64,000 bases of DNA from Candidatus Woesearchaeota archaeon (GCA_964498295.1 CAZCGJ010000001.1:1669-65668), one strand, 5' to 3'; counted from the stretch's first letter, positions 9,585 through 20,283 are shown. Numbers and translations: made by a program. Notes: generated by a model from the letters alone, not told the origin.

Positions 9585-10619
9585 ATGGGAGTACAAATAT
9601 CTGATATCATTCCTAGAAAAGAAATAGAACTTTCAGATCTGAAAGGAAAACTAATAGCAATTGATGCGTTTAATACTCTTTATCAGTTTTTGACAACAAT
9701 AAGGCAACAGGATGGAACTCCCCTAATGGACTTGAAAGGAAATATTACTTCTCATCTTTCAGGACTTCTCTATAGGAACATAAATCTTCTAGCAGAAGGA
9801 ATCAAGCTAATTTATGTCTTTGATGGCGTTCCGCCAGAACTCAAACTGAAAGAGATTGAAGAAAGAAAGAAAGCCAAAGAATTAGCGCAAGAAAAATATG
9901 AAGATGCAAAAGAAAGAGAAGAAGAAAAAGAAATGAGAAAATATGCATCTCAAACAGTCAAACTTACAAGAGAGATACTAGAAGAGAGCAAAGAGCTCCT
10001 AAAGGCGCTAGGAATAGCTGTAGTCCAAGCAGAAAGCGAAGGAGAAGCAGAAGCAGCCGGAATAGCTAAAAATAAATTTGCATGGGCCTCAGCATCTCAA
10101 GATTATGATTCCCTTCTATTCGGTACACCAAGATTAATTAGAAACCTAACTTTATCTAGAAAAAGAAAAACTTCTTCAGGAGCAATGGTTGACACGAGTA
10201 TTGAAATGATAGAGTTTGAAGATGTTCTTAATAAACTTCAAATAAACCAAGACCAGTTAATTTGCCTAGCGATATTAGTAGGTACAGACTATAACCCTGG
10301 AGGCGTTAGAGGAATAGGTCAAAAACGAGCTTTAGAAATAGTCCAAAAATATCAATACCCAGTGCCTATCTTTGATTACGTCGCTAATTCAGGCAAGTAC
10401 GCTCTAGAATTTGATTGGCAAGAAATTTACAAAGAGTTCAAAGAGTTCAAACCAGTAACTAAAGAAAGAATTCCAGAATTAAATATAGATAAAGAAAAAG
10501 TAATCGAAATATTAGTAACCAGACACGACTTTTCAAAAGAAAGAATCGATTCAGCTTTAGACAAATTAAAAGTTCTTGAAGAAAATAAAAAACAAAAAGG
10601 ACTTAATGAATTTTGGTAA
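9585..10619 (+). CDS. fen: Flap endonuclease 1 (FEN1)
   Basis: N-terminal MGVQISDIIP...LKGKLIAIDAFNTLYQFL, XPG-N/I domains, helix-3-turn-helix region. Confidence 0.9.
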   Translation: MGVQISDIIPRKEIELSDLKGKLIAIDAFNTLYQFLTTIRQQDGTPLMDLKGNITSHLSGLLYRNINLLAEGIKLIYVFDGVPPELKLKEIEERKKAKELAQEKYEDAKEREEEKEMRKYASQTVKLTREILEESKELLKALGIAVVQAESEGEAEAAGIAKNKFAWASASQDYDSLLFGTPRLIRNLTLSRKRKTSSGAMVDTSIEMIEFEDVLNKLQINQDQLICLAILVGTDYNPGGVRGIGQKRALEIVQKYQYPVPIFDYVANSGKYALEFDWQEIYKEFKEFKPVTKERIPELNIDKEKVIEILVTRHDFSKERIDSALDKLKVLEENKKQKGLNEFW

Positions 10620-10642
10620 ATTAAAATTAAATAAATATAGAA

Positions 10643-12706
10643 TTACTTTTTACTCTTTTTAGAAGATAACTTAACAACCTTAATTGGCTTTGCATTTGCT
10701 GCAGCTTTTCTCTTCTTAGCGATAATCCAATAAGCTAATCCAATAACAATTAAGAATACAATGATTCCTAAAGACCATCTTCCTGCTGTTGTACCAATTA
10801 CATTACCTGTAATTGTATTTACAAAATTAGGGCTATTTGTTTGATTGTTCAATTCAGTAGTATTTGAAGTATTAGTATTAGAGATAGTACATGTTCTTAA
10901 TTCTAATGGCTTATCAGTTCTAGGAGCGCAATAGTTAGTAGGATATGAACAAGTTCTTGTTTGAGAACCAGAGCTACATTCAGTCCATTCAGTACAAGAC
11001 CATTGAGTATTACATGTTCCACCGCCACCGCCACCGCCAGCAGCTTGAGGAATGATTGGTGAAACAGCTGCTTCAACTTCAAATTCTGCAAGCTTAGTTT
11101 TATTCAACAAATCATTTGAACTATAAAGAGACAAATATAAGGTATAATTACCTGCAACTAATCCAGTAGGAACAGAATAATTTGTAGGTACATCTGTAGA
11201 ATCATTAGCAGTGAAATTAAATTCATTTACAATAGTATTTCCATTATAAAGTTGGAAGTTTAAAACCAAAGGATAAACTTCAGAACTAACATTCACAGTA
11301 ACGTTATCTCCAGGTATTGTTTCATTGTCAGCATCATCTGTAACATTTGCAATAACAGAAGTATTCACATAAATAGTAACAGTAACATTCTCACTATTTT
11401 TATCTAAATCAGTAATATAATATGTAAAATTATCAACACCTACAAAACCATTGTCAGGAGTATAAACAAAACTACCATCGCCATCAACACTAAGAGACCC
11501 ATTTTGAGTTGAATTAATAACATCAATAAATAACACATCGTCATTTGCATCATTATCATTAGCCAAAATACCTAAAGAAGCACTAACATTCAATTTCTTA
11601 TTTAAAGAAGTATAATAAGAATCATTATTTGCAACAGGATCAGTATTAGTTCCTATAACAAAAATACACTTAGCAGAATCGCTTTTATGATGGTCAGTCA
11701 ATTCATAAACGAAATAATCAACACCATTTGTTTTATTAGAAGTATAATTGAAACTACCATTTACTGAAAAACCAGTACTTATTGTTTTTAACTTACCGAA
11801 TTTAACATTTTCAATAATAGATAATTCTAATTCATCTCCATCGAAATCACTATCATTAGCTAAAACACCAGTAGCATTTGTAGTATTTACAGAATCTATA
11901 ATAGCATATCTATCTTCAACTGCAACAGGAGCAGAGTTATTAAAACTTAAATAAGAGTAAACAGAAGAAAGACTGTTAGTATGACCGTCACTAACCAAAT
12001 AAGTAAAATAATCTACGCCATGAAAGCCATTATTTGCAACATAAACAAAAGAACCGTTTGACGTAAAGTTTAAAGTACCTTTTTTAGCAGTATTTACCAA
12101 AACAGCCCAAACAGAATCCCCGTCTTCATCCCTCGGATCAAAGATTACGGCACCATCCTCATCTAAATTAGACCAATTATAAATCTCCACATCATTCTTT
12201 AAAACACTCCTACTGTTTGAAATACTATAATAACTACCCACAACATAAGAAGAAGGTAAAATGTATAAGTCTCCTAAAATAGAAGGAGCATTATTTCTTA
12301 AACCCAAATAAGCAGTAGCAATTGAACTATTTGAGTTACCGTTAGTAACATAATAAGTAAAAGAGTCTACACCTGGAAAGCCATTATTTGCAACATAAAC
12401 AAAAGAACCGTTTGACGTAAAGTTTAAAGTACCTTTTTTAGCAGTATTTACCAAAACAGCCCAAACAGAATTTCCATCGTCATCTTTAGGTGCAAAAACC
12501 CATTCATCGGGATTAGATCTATCAAAAACATCAACATCATTCGTTAAAACACTCCTACTGTTTGAAATGTTATAATTATCCCCGTATACATAAGAAGAAG
12601 GCAAAGTATAAATGTCATTTTGAACAGATATCTCAGAAGCAGAAACCAAACTAACCAATAAAAAAATAGTTAAAGCAAAAATACAAGACAATTTATTGAC
12701 TGACAT
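10643..12706 (-). CDS. Cell-surface adhesin with a signal peptide, at least four cadherin-like/VCBS-type beta-sandwich repeats, a Gly7 tract, a Cys-rich module and a C-terminal TM anchor with a basic tail
   Basis: N-terminal signal sequence; repeated LANDSD..DGD...GSF.YTP..GF.G.D.FTY motifs; C-terminal hydrophobic helix followed by KKRK...KKSKK. Confidence 0.7.
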   Translation of the reverse strand: MSVNKLSCIFALTIFLLVSLVSASEISVQNDIYTLPSSYVYGDNYNISNSRSVLTNDVDVFDRSNPDEWVFAPKDDDGNSVWAVLVNTAKKGTLNFTSNGSFVYVANNGFPGVDSFTYYVTNGNSNSSIATAYLGLRNNAPSILGDLYILPSSYVVGSYYSISNSRSVLKNDVEIYNWSNLDEDGAVIFDPRDEDGDSVWAVLVNTAKKGTLNFTSNGSFVYVANNGFHGVDYFTYLVSDGHTNSLSSVYSYLSFNNSAPVAVEDRYAIIDSVNTTNATGVLANDSDFDGDELELSIIENVKFGKLKTISTGFSVNGSFNYTSNKTNGVDYFVYELTDHHKSDSAKCIFVIGTNTDPVANNDSYYTSLNKKLNVSASLGILANDNDANDDVLFIDVINSTQNGSLSVDGDGSFVYTPDNGFVGVDNFTYYITDLDKNSENVTVTIYVNTSVIANVTDDADNETIPGDNVTVNVSSEVYPLVLNFQLYNGNTIVNEFNFTANDSTDVPTNYSVPTGLVAGNYTLYLSLYSSNDLLNKTKLAEFEVEAAVSPIIPQAAGGGGGGGTCNTQWSCTEWTECSSGSQTRTCSYPTNYCAPRTDKPLELRTCTISNTNTSNTTELNNQTNSPNFVNTITGNVIGTTAGRWSLGIIVFLIVIGLAYWIIAKKRKAAANAKPIKVVKLSSKKSKK

Positions 12707-12709
12707 TTT

Positions 12710-13093
12710 TTAATTAGCCTCTGGAGAAAGATCTAGGCCAAAAAATCGTTTATTTCCAATCGCAGGTTCTTGAACACTAACATAATTTGTAGGATTTTGT
12801 CCAGAATACTTTAAAGACCTATTATCTTGCATAACGGAAGGTTTCCAAACAGCATTACCAGTAAGATTAGTAGTATAAACAACAGAATAAGTATTAGTAT
12901 TTGAAGAAGGAAGAGCAATATCCAAAATATAAGAACCATTCGGATAGCTTTTTTCAGGAGCAGAATAAGTTATACTTATAATTGAAGGCTTATTTGTTGT
13001 TACACTTGAAGTTTCATTTGTACTTGCAGCATAACCTGCAGAAGCTAACAAAGCTAATCCGCCACAAATTGCTGATCTTATTTTACTTGCCAT
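12710..13093 (-). CDS. Small secreted Ser/Thr-rich protein, co-transcribed upstream of the adhesin
   Basis: Signal peptide MASKIRSAICGGLALLASAGYAAS; 3-nt gap to the downstream adhesin gene. Confidence 0.45.
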   Translation of the reverse strand: MASKIRSAICGGLALLASAGYAASTNETSSVTTNKPSIISITYSAPEKSYPNGSYILDIALPSSNTNTYSVVYTTNLTGNAVWKPSVMQDNRSLKYSGQNPTNYVSVQEPAIGNKRFFGLDLSPEAN

Positions 13094-13145
13094 AAATAGT
13101 TCACAAAAATAGGGTATTTAAACCTTTCGGTATAGTCACTTTTAA

Positions 13146-15080
13146 GTGACATCAATAGAGCATATAACAAGCAAAGTTTATAACTATGAAAAAAAGCCAA
13201 ATACCAAAAAGATGGAAAATATTTTCAGTTCAAAGGAAGACACTCATGTTTTTGATTATCTTAAAATTTTAAAATCCCTAAATGAAATCCCGTTTCCAAT
13301 AGGAAAAACAACTTTAATAGACTTTTTAACCGGCGACTCAACAAACGCTTCAGTTTCAAAAAACAAACTAACAAGAAAAATAAATTTCAATAGTCTCAAA
13401 TTAACTAAAGACCAAACGAGAGAAATGATCGACGACATGATAAAACAAAGATTCGTTGAAGTCACAGGCACTCTTTCAAACCCATTTATTAAACTTTTAA
13501 GCTTAACATCAAAAGGACAAGCAGAACTTATTGCCCCTAAATATTATTTAAAGAAAACAGAAAAGCCAACCCTGGAGAAATTTGACATTAGCACAGAAGA
13601 AATATACGAATTTCAAGAGTTTGATAAATTCCTAGAAAACTTCAACGAAAATCAAAAGAAAGCAATAATCTCAAAAAATGAGAAAATAATGTGTATTGCT
13701 GGAGCAGGTTCTGGAAAAACAGCAGTCCTCACAAAAAGAATAGAATTCTTAATAAAACATAGGGGAGTAAATCCTTCAAAAATCCTAGCCATAACATTCA
13801 CAAGAAAAGCAAGACAAGAGATGAGAAATAGACTTCAAGAATTCGGAATCTCGACAAACGTTGAAACATTCAACTCATTAGGAGAACATATCCTCAACAA
13901 ATATGAAAATGAAATATATGGCAGGCCAATAAGATTAATTAGTACGGCAGATAAAATAACAATGATAAAAGAAGCCCTAGAAAGCCAAGGGAAAACACTT
14001 TTACAGGCTGTAGAGGAATACTTCACCCCTCAACAAAAAGCAAACAAAACTCCTGAAAGATTAATGTGGACTTTCATAAATGATTGTTTTACAATAATAG
14101 ATTACTTCAAATCGAAGAACACTCCAATCCCTGATTTCTCCAAAGATGCAGACACAAAACACTACTTGATTGCTTTAATGGTCCTAAGAACCTGTAACTA
14201 CGTTAAAACATATATGGAAACAGAGGGACTGAGAGATTTTTCAGACCAAGTTATTGACTCATTAAATTTCCTCAAAAAAAACCAAGACAGAGTCCCTAGA
14301 TTCGAACACATTCTTGTAGATGAATATCAAGACTTGAATTCTATGCAAGTAGATTTCATAAAACTACTAAACGCACCAAATATATTTGGAGTCGGAGATC
14401 CGAGGCAATCTATTTTTGGCTGGAGAGGCTCTGAAATAACACATATTACAAACTTCTCAAAAGAATATCCTGAATGCGAAGTCGTTCCTTTAGTTATGAA
14501 CTATAGAAGCACAAAAAGAATTGTAGAACTCATGAACTCTTCAATTAAACATCTTAAATTTCCAGATCTAGTTGCAAACAAAGAAAGTAAATCCCATGAA
14601 ATAGAAATAGAAAAATTTGAAACAGAAATGGACGAAATTCTTTCAGTACTTCAGAAAGTTCTAGAATCAAAATCTGAGAGACATGAGATATTTATTCTTG
14701 CAAGAACAAATAGGCAACTAGTAGAAATTTCAAAAATAATGAGAAATATGCAAATTCCTCACATTCTAAAAACAGAAGATGAAAATACACAGATAACTGC
14801 GAAAGAAGGAGAAGTAACTTTGGCAACAATCCACTCAATCAAAGGATTACAAGCAAAAGAAACTTTTGTAATTGGCTGCAACGTTCAAAACTTCCCTTGC
14901 AAGGCCTCAGATCACCCAATAATAGAAATGATCAAAATGGAAAACTACGACAAAGACGAAGAAGAAAAAAGATTATTCTACGTAGCAATTTCAAGAGCAA
15001 AAGAAAAATTATACCTTAGTTACTCCGGAACAAAAACAGACTATATAACTGACGAAATGGTTAAGATAATTAATGATTAA
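13146..15080 (+). CDS. UvrD/Rep/PcrA-family superfamily-1 DNA helicase with an N-terminal extension of about 150 aa
   Basis: Walker A CIAGAGSGKTAVL, motif Ia ILAITFTRKA, DEYQD (motif II), C-terminal helicase motifs (ATIHSIKGLQ, LFYVAISRAK). Confidence 0.75.
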   Translation: MTSIEHITSKVYNYEKKPNTKKMENIFSSKEDTHVFDYLKILKSLNEIPFPIGKTTLIDFLTGDSTNASVSKNKLTRKINFNSLKLTKDQTREMIDDMIKQRFVEVTGTLSNPFIKLLSLTSKGQAELIAPKYYLKKTEKPTLEKFDISTEEIYEFQEFDKFLENFNENQKKAIISKNEKIMCIAGAGSGKTAVLTKRIEFLIKHRGVNPSKILAITFTRKARQEMRNRLQEFGISTNVETFNSLGEHILNKYENEIYGRPIRLISTADKITMIKEALESQGKTLLQAVEEYFTPQQKANKTPERLMWTFINDCFTIIDYFKSKNTPIPDFSKDADTKHYLIALMVLRTCNYVKTYMETEGLRDFSDQVIDSLNFLKKNQDRVPRFEHILVDEYQDLNSMQVDFIKLLNAPNIFGVGDPRQSIFGWRGSEITHITNFSKEYPECEVVPLVMNYRSTKRIVELMNSSIKHLKFPDLVANKESKSHEIEIEKFETEMDEILSVLQKVLESKSERHEIFILARTNRQLVEISKIMRNMQIPHILKTEDENTQITAKEGEVTLATIHSIKGLQAKETFVIGCNVQNFPCKASDHPIIEMIKMENYDKDEEEKRLFYVAISRAKEKLYLSYSGTKTDYITDEMVKIIND

Positions 15081-15994
15081 GAAAAAGCAGTCAAAGGCTC
15101 TATACAACCAGTAGGCGGAATAAATACTGACTCGTCTATATTCTCAACAGAAATATTAAAAAAAGAAGTCTTAAAACTATCCCCTTCTATAAAGGTCTCC
15201 ATTTGTAAAGGCACACAAAATTTAGTACTAAAGTAATCCAAACTTATCTCAGCATCTCCACCCAAGCCAATTTTAGCTTTATCCATATAAGATAAATGAC
15301 TAGCAGTCATCTTCAAAGCTTCCTGACCTTTAAAAACAACTTTTTCATCACGAACATAATTCTTTATATAAAAAGCATAATCAAGTAAATACACGCTCTC
15401 CAAAGGATTATGCCCATAAATATTTTCAGAATCATCTACCATCTCATCTTCTTTTTTCACAAGTACACAAACGTCGCCATTAGAAGTATAGCTTGCAGTC
15501 TCCCTATTTTCAGAGATAGTCCAATACCTAGCACTCACTCCGCCTAACATAGATTCAGAATATACAATTCTTTTAACCTTGTTTTCCAAAATCCAATACT
15601 TAGAGATGCCACTACCTCCAGTACCAGAACCTTCAACTTCATAAGAATACTTTTCAAAATCAATTACTCTCAAACACCCGCAAGAACCATTAGTAGTATT
15701 AAACCCTATAGCAAGATTGCTCCCATTGCATAAAGAATTATTTCCAATTTTATTAGAAGAAATATTAGACAAGTTATTGCTATCAGAGAAACCAGTCTCA
15801 TTTTTTAAAGAAGGATTATTCGAAAAAGCTATTTTACTCTCTTCTAAAGAACTGTTTGAGGTAGCTGCAAGCATATTCTCTCCAGTATCTTGATTTAAAT
15901 TATCAGAAAATAAGAAAACCCAAGAAGCTCCTGCAATCAGAACTAAAGCTAGAATAATACCTGAAATAACTAAAATACTTCCCTTTTTGTACAT
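15077..15994 (-). CDS. Hypothetical secreted or membrane-anchored protein (N-terminal TM/signal anchor)
   Basis: Hydrophobic N-terminus ILVISGIILALVLIAGASWVFLF; Asn/Ser-rich ectodomain. Confidence 0.45.
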   Translation of the reverse strand: MYKKGSILVISGIILALVLIAGASWVFLFSDNLNQDTGENMLAATSNSSLEESKIAFSNNPSLKNETGFSDSNNLSNISSNKIGNNSLCNGSNLAIGFNTTNGSCGCLRVIDFEKYSYEVEGSGTGGSGISKYWILENKVKRIVYSESMLGGVSARYWTISENRETASYTSNGDVCVLVKKEDEMVDDSENIYGHNPLESVYLLDYAFYIKNYVRDEKVVFKGQEALKMTASHLSYMDKAKIGLGGDAEISLDYFSTKFCVPLQMETFIEGDSFKTSFFNISVENIDESVFIPPTGCIEPLTAFS

Positions 15995-16047
15995 ATAAAA
16001 AACAAAAAAAGAAAGTATTTAAATATAGTCTTGGTTAAATAAATATT

Positions 16048-16461
16048 ATGGAAGAGGTATCTACAACAAACAAATTACCCTGGATAATCGCAGGAATAGT
16101 AGCTTTAGTAATCTTAGTAGGAATAACAGCAGTTATGTTTAGCGGTTCATCTAATAAAACAACAGAAAAAGCCCCTGAAGACATGACAATAAGCGAAACA
16201 ATAACTAGCTGTATGCAAACTTGCAAGCAATTACCAATAGGTTCGACAAGAACTAATTGCGAATCAGGATGCTCTCAAGTACAACAAGCAGTAAATGAAG
16301 AATTTCAAGAAGCAGGAATAAGCGGGGCCGCAGATATGACAACAGAGGAGTTGTTACAAGAATTAATTGCTAAATGTATTAACAATTGCCAAACAGATAC
16401 AAGAATAGAAGATCAATACAAACCAGCTTGTATAGAGAACTGTAAAAAAACTACATTATAA
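16048..16461 (+). CDS. Small membrane-anchored Cys-rich protein
   Basis: N-terminal TM helix; ectodomain with spaced Cys pairs (CMQTC, CESGC, CINNC, CIENC). Confidence 0.4.
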   Translation: MEEVSTTNKLPWIIAGIVALVILVGITAVMFSGSSNKTTEKAPEDMTISETITSCMQTCKQLPIGSTRTNCESGCSQVQQAVNEEFQEAGISGAADMTTEELLQELIAKCINNCQTDTRIEDQYKPACIENCKKTTL

Positions 16462-16463
16462 AA

Positions 16464-18386
16464 TTAATTAGTTCTTCTTATAATTAAAACAATAAGTAAT
16501 AATAGTACAATTATTGCAATAAGTAAAATCATATTAAATATCAATTGATTTGTTTTACCGGAGATATAACTATCCATATTAAATCCTTCATTTACAGAAC
16601 CATTTTGGTAATTAAGAGCAATAACAAAATCATCATCCATTGAAACAGAATCTGCAGTTTCATTATAATCAAAGTCATTCACAGGTGCACGAGTATGACT
16701 TCTACAGGCATCGCAATCTGGATCCTTATCGCAATCAACTCCTTGAGAAACATTTACTATAAAAGAAACACTGTCCACGCCAATATTACTAGAACTATCG
16801 TTTGCATAAGCAATAAGAGTATAATTTCCATTTGATAAATTCATAAGATAGCTATAATTATAATTATAACGAACACCATTTAGACTATACCAAACATCAT
16901 CTACAACAACATCATCAACTGCAAGAATAGTTAGTCTAACTAAATTAGAAGTATAAATTTGATTTACCGGGGAAATTATTGTGACATTAGGTCCAAGATT
17001 ATCTGAAGTATTATTAGTACCATTTGAAGAAGTATTTATAATAAAATGAGTATGCACAGAACTTAAACTTCCACAACTATCATTTGCATAAGCAACAAGA
17101 GTATAGTTTCCATTTGATAAATTTGCAATTGTAGATCCAGAATAACTAAAGTTAACTCCATTAAGAGTATACCAAACATGAGAAAGATTTGAATCTAAAG
17201 CAGAAATACTAACAGTTACCAAAGTGTTATTATATATTCTAGAGACTGGAGAAACTATTGTCAAAACAGGAGCAGTATTTCCAATACAAGAATTATTTGT
17301 AGTATTTGTGTTATTGCAATTAGTACAAATAGTAGAATTTGTTAAAACAGTCACATTTGGATTGTTTAATATAAAACTAGCATTATTACCTAAATAAGTT
17401 GTGTAATTTACATAAGCAATTTCATTCAAATGAGCAAGACTAGAATTGTAAACAATAACATTAAAGCTAAATGACTTCGACTCATTAATTTTTAATAATC
17501 CAGCATTGCAAGTCATCTTTCTTGTGTTTAGAGTATAATTACATCCAAAAGGAAGAGAAATAGGCACAACACCTAATGCCAAAAAATCTGTAATAATGAT
17601 ATTTTCTCCAGCAATAACCGTTATTTCCTTACTCCTAACATCATCTACAATCCAATGAGCAATATCATTCATCGTATGAGGATCGCTATCAGTAGGGTAA
17701 TGCCAGTAAATACCATTGCTAATATTAGAGATATTCTTAAGCAAATTAAATCCAGGAGTATTAAATTCTTCTCCAATACCAATTGTATAAATAGAAATAT
17801 TTTTTGCAGCAGCGAGATTTGCTTGTTGAAGAGCATAGGCTTTTGCATCGGCAGGAAGATTTGCCTTTCCATCAGAAATTAAAACAATAACTTTTGAATT
17901 CATAGTATTATTAAATTGTTCAGAAGCTTTCTTTATTGCTTCTCCAATATTAGTATTGCCTGAAGCAGAAATTGTATCGATATTGTTCTTTACAGAAACA
18001 TAATCTTTAGTTAAATTGTTTTTCACGAAAGGATTAGTATTGAAATAAACAAGACCCACCCTATCGTAAAGAGAGTCTAAAATGTTAACTATGGCCTTTC
18101 CAGCTAATTTTGCCTGAGAAATTTTATTCCCACACATGCTACATGAATTATCAATAACTAAAATAATATCCATAGGAACTCTAACATTGTTCATATTTCC
18201 GGCCCCATTAACAGTCAAAGTAATAGTTGCATTATCTCCAACATATAAAATATTAGGTGAAACAGACTTATTGCCTTCCAAATAAGGAACTGCAGAAATA
18301 GAGCTTAAAGAAATAATAATCGCTGCTACAAGCACTAGCAATCCTGCCAAAAGCTTCCATTGAATTTTGTGTGACTTTCTCTTCAT
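16464..18386 (-). CDS. Surface protein with a von Willebrand factor A (MIDAS) domain, tandem Ig-like domains and a C-terminal TM anchor; last gene of the pilin-like cluster
   Basis: Signal peptide; vWA motifs DIILVIDNSCSM (DxSxS), VIVLISDG, IYTIGIGE; duplicated NLSNGNYTL(V/I)AYANDS Ig-like modules; C-terminal hydrophobic stretch plus RRTN. Confidence 0.75.
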   Translation of the reverse strand: MKRKSHKIQWKLLAGLLVLVAAIIISLSSISAVPYLEGNKSVSPNILYVGDNATITLTVNGAGNMNNVRVPMDIILVIDNSCSMCGNKISQAKLAGKAIVNILDSLYDRVGLVYFNTNPFVKNNLTKDYVSVKNNIDTISASGNTNIGEAIKKASEQFNNTMNSKVIVLISDGKANLPADAKAYALQQANLAAAKNISIYTIGIGEEFNTPGFNLLKNISNISNGIYWHYPTDSDPHTMNDIAHWIVDDVRSKEITVIAGENIIITDFLALGVVPISLPFGCNYTLNTRKMTCNAGLLKINESKSFSFNVIVYNSSLAHLNEIAYVNYTTYLGNNASFILNNPNVTVLTNSTICTNCNNTNTTNNSCIGNTAPVLTIVSPVSRIYNNTLVTVSISALDSNLSHVWYTLNGVNFSYSGSTIANLSNGNYTLVAYANDSCGSLSSVHTHFIINTSSNGTNNTSDNLGPNVTIISPVNQIYTSNLVRLTILAVDDVVVDDVWYSLNGVRYNYNYSYLMNLSNGNYTLIAYANDSSSNIGVDSVSFIVNVSQGVDCDKDPDCDACRSHTRAPVNDFDYNETADSVSMDDDFVIALNYQNGSVNEGFNMDSYISGKTNQLIFNMILLIAIIVLLLLIVLIIRRTN

Positions 18387-18565
18387 GGTATTCTATCACA
18401 CACTCTCTTCACTCGGGTTAAACTAAATAATAGTTATTATTCAGTAACAACAACCCTATTTAAATCTTTTGATTTTAGAACTACTATCAAGTTACATAAA
18501 AAATAAAAAATAAACACAACCAACTAGAGACAAAAAATTAAGAAATAAAAACCTTCGAAAAATTC

Positions 18566-19117
18566 TTAAGCCTTAAGAGCTAAAGAATAAATATTTCCCT
18601 GCTCTACTGTAGGTAAAGTAGCAATATCTAAACCGAACTTAGTTACATTAATTGACTTATCACATTTCATACCGTTAATATATTCTGTCCAACTAGTACT
18701 ATCTCCAGAATGAGATCTATTGAACTCAAAACATTTATTATAAGCCATTTGATTTTGAACCGTAAGGTTACAAGACTCCAATACCTTCTGAGGAACTTCT
18801 TCAGTTGTAAAAGAAGCTAAATTATTTTGCTTTAAGAAAGCACAATTAGCATAACTCTTTTTACCGCCGACAATTAAAGGATATTTAAAATTACCACAAT
18901 ATGCAGCAAGCTTTGCTTCATCAGTAGAAGCCAACTTCAAATCCTTTTGACAAGATAAAATCATATTTGTAGTCTCAATAGCTTGAGCATCGATAGTAGT
19001 ATTTATTTTAAAGAAAAATGCATATGTGGCATAAGCAATAACAGCTGCAACAATAAGCACAAGAACAAAAACAACTATTGCTCCGCCAGATTCCTCAGCT
19101 CCTTTTTTATTAATCAT
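18566..19117 (-). CDS. Archaeal type IV pilin-like protein (class III signal peptide)
   Basis: Start moved to the internal Met giving MINKKGAEESGG followed by a 20-aa hydrophobic helix; Cys-containing ectodomain. Confidence 0.6.
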   Translation of the reverse strand: MINKKGAEESGGAIVVFVLVLIVAAVIAYATYAFFFKINTTIDAQAIETTNMILSCQKDLKLASTDEAKLAAYCGNFKYPLIVGGKKSYANCAFLKQNNLASFTTEEVPQKVLESCNLTVQNQMAYNKCFEFNRSHSGDSTSWTEYINGMKCDKSINVTKFGLDIATLPTVEQGNIYSLALKA

Positions 19118-19151
19118 CTTTTTCTTAGAACAAACCCATTTATAAATCTTT

Positions 19152-19859
19152 TTATGAACTTCCAGATTCAGTATAGTCAAAAGATAATAAGAATTCAATC
19201 TTTTTCATTTCTTTGTCAATATAATACTCATCGCCACTAACTAACTTTAGCTGTTTCTCCTTAATCACACTTATGACAAAGTTAGGAAGTTCCTGCTCGA
19301 GACAAACCTTGACTTCACTATCTTTAACAGAACCTTCATTACATACAGTACGAATAAGCATAATTTTATCTAAGCTTGGCAAACCGAAATTATCAAACCC
19401 TACAGAAACATTTAATTCAGAAGAATAAGTAATATTCAAATTAGGATAAACTCTTTTAGCACCCCAAGGAGAAAGACTTGTATAAACTTTTTTACCATCA
19501 AAATAAAATAAAGTCACACCTGAAAACAATTTTTTTAAATCTTCTGGTACAGAGCTCTCAGTCTGCTTAAAACGAACCTTTAAATCTTCTTCAAAAACCT
19601 TGTTTAAATCTGCAGAAGAACTAATCTTTTCAGAATTTTCAGATAAAATTTTTTGATAACTACTTAAGAAATCCTCGGTTAATTTAATATAAAGAGTATT
19701 TTCATATCCTTGTTTTTCAGAGTAGATATTACTCACTGCATTAAAATTCTCTGAAACTTTTGAAGACTGATTAGATATTGCAAATATGATATAGATAAAC
19801 AACAAAAGAGTCATGATCACCATAACACCCACTTCGATAGATGCCTTCTTATTTATCAT
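19152..19859 (-). CDS. Archaeal type IV pilin-like protein (class III signal peptide)
   Basis: N-terminus MINKKA|SIEVGVMVIMTLLLFIYIIFAI. Confidence 0.6.
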   Translation of the reverse strand: MINKKASIEVGVMVIMTLLLFIYIIFAISNQSSKVSENFNAVSNIYSEKQGYENTLYIKLTEDFLSSYQKILSENSEKISSSADLNKVFEEDLKVRFKQTESSVPEDLKKLFSGVTLFYFDGKKVYTSLSPWGAKRVYPNLNITYSSELNVSVGFDNFGLPSLDKIMLIRTVCNEGSVKDSEVKVCLEQELPNFVISVIKEKQLKLVSGDEYYIDKEMKKIEFLLSFDYTESGSS

Positions 19860-20283
19860 AATTGCTCCTCCTTATTACTGTAATAGAAAGATATCCTTTT
19901 TCACAATGACTGCACGGAAAATAAGTTTTATCTGCAAAAAAAGGAACAGAACCTAAAGGATAAAGGTTAAAGGTATAGTTATTAGGAATAGATAATTTTG
20001 GAAGATTAACCATAAACCCTCCAGTAACAGTATTTGTATACTTATAAGCATCATATAGCACTTTTCCTTTACTACTACTATTGAAATCGCTAATAACTGC
20101 ATAAGCTGCAACTCTTTGAGATTCGGAAGAATAAACATTAGAGTCATAATTAATAACAACGGACTTCTGACTAAATTTTCCAGCAATTGAAAAGAACACT
20201 GCAAAGATAACTATTAGCGCAATAGCAATAAGTCCTGCTGCCCAAGACAATCCTTCTCCTGCTGCACGTTTATTTATAATCAC
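19849..20283 (-). CDS. Archaeal type IV pilin-like protein
   Basis: N-terminus MIINKRAAGEG|LSWAAGLIAIALIVIFAVFF; overlaps the neighbouring genes by a few nt (operon). Confidence 0.55.
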   Translation of the reverse strand: MIINKRAAGEGLSWAAGLIAIALIVIFAVFFSIAGKFSQKSVVINYDSNVYSSESQRVAAYAVISDFNSSSKGKVLYDAYKYTNTVTGGFMVNLPKLSIPNNYTFNLYPLGSVPFFADKTYFPCSHCEKGYLSITVIRRSNYDK

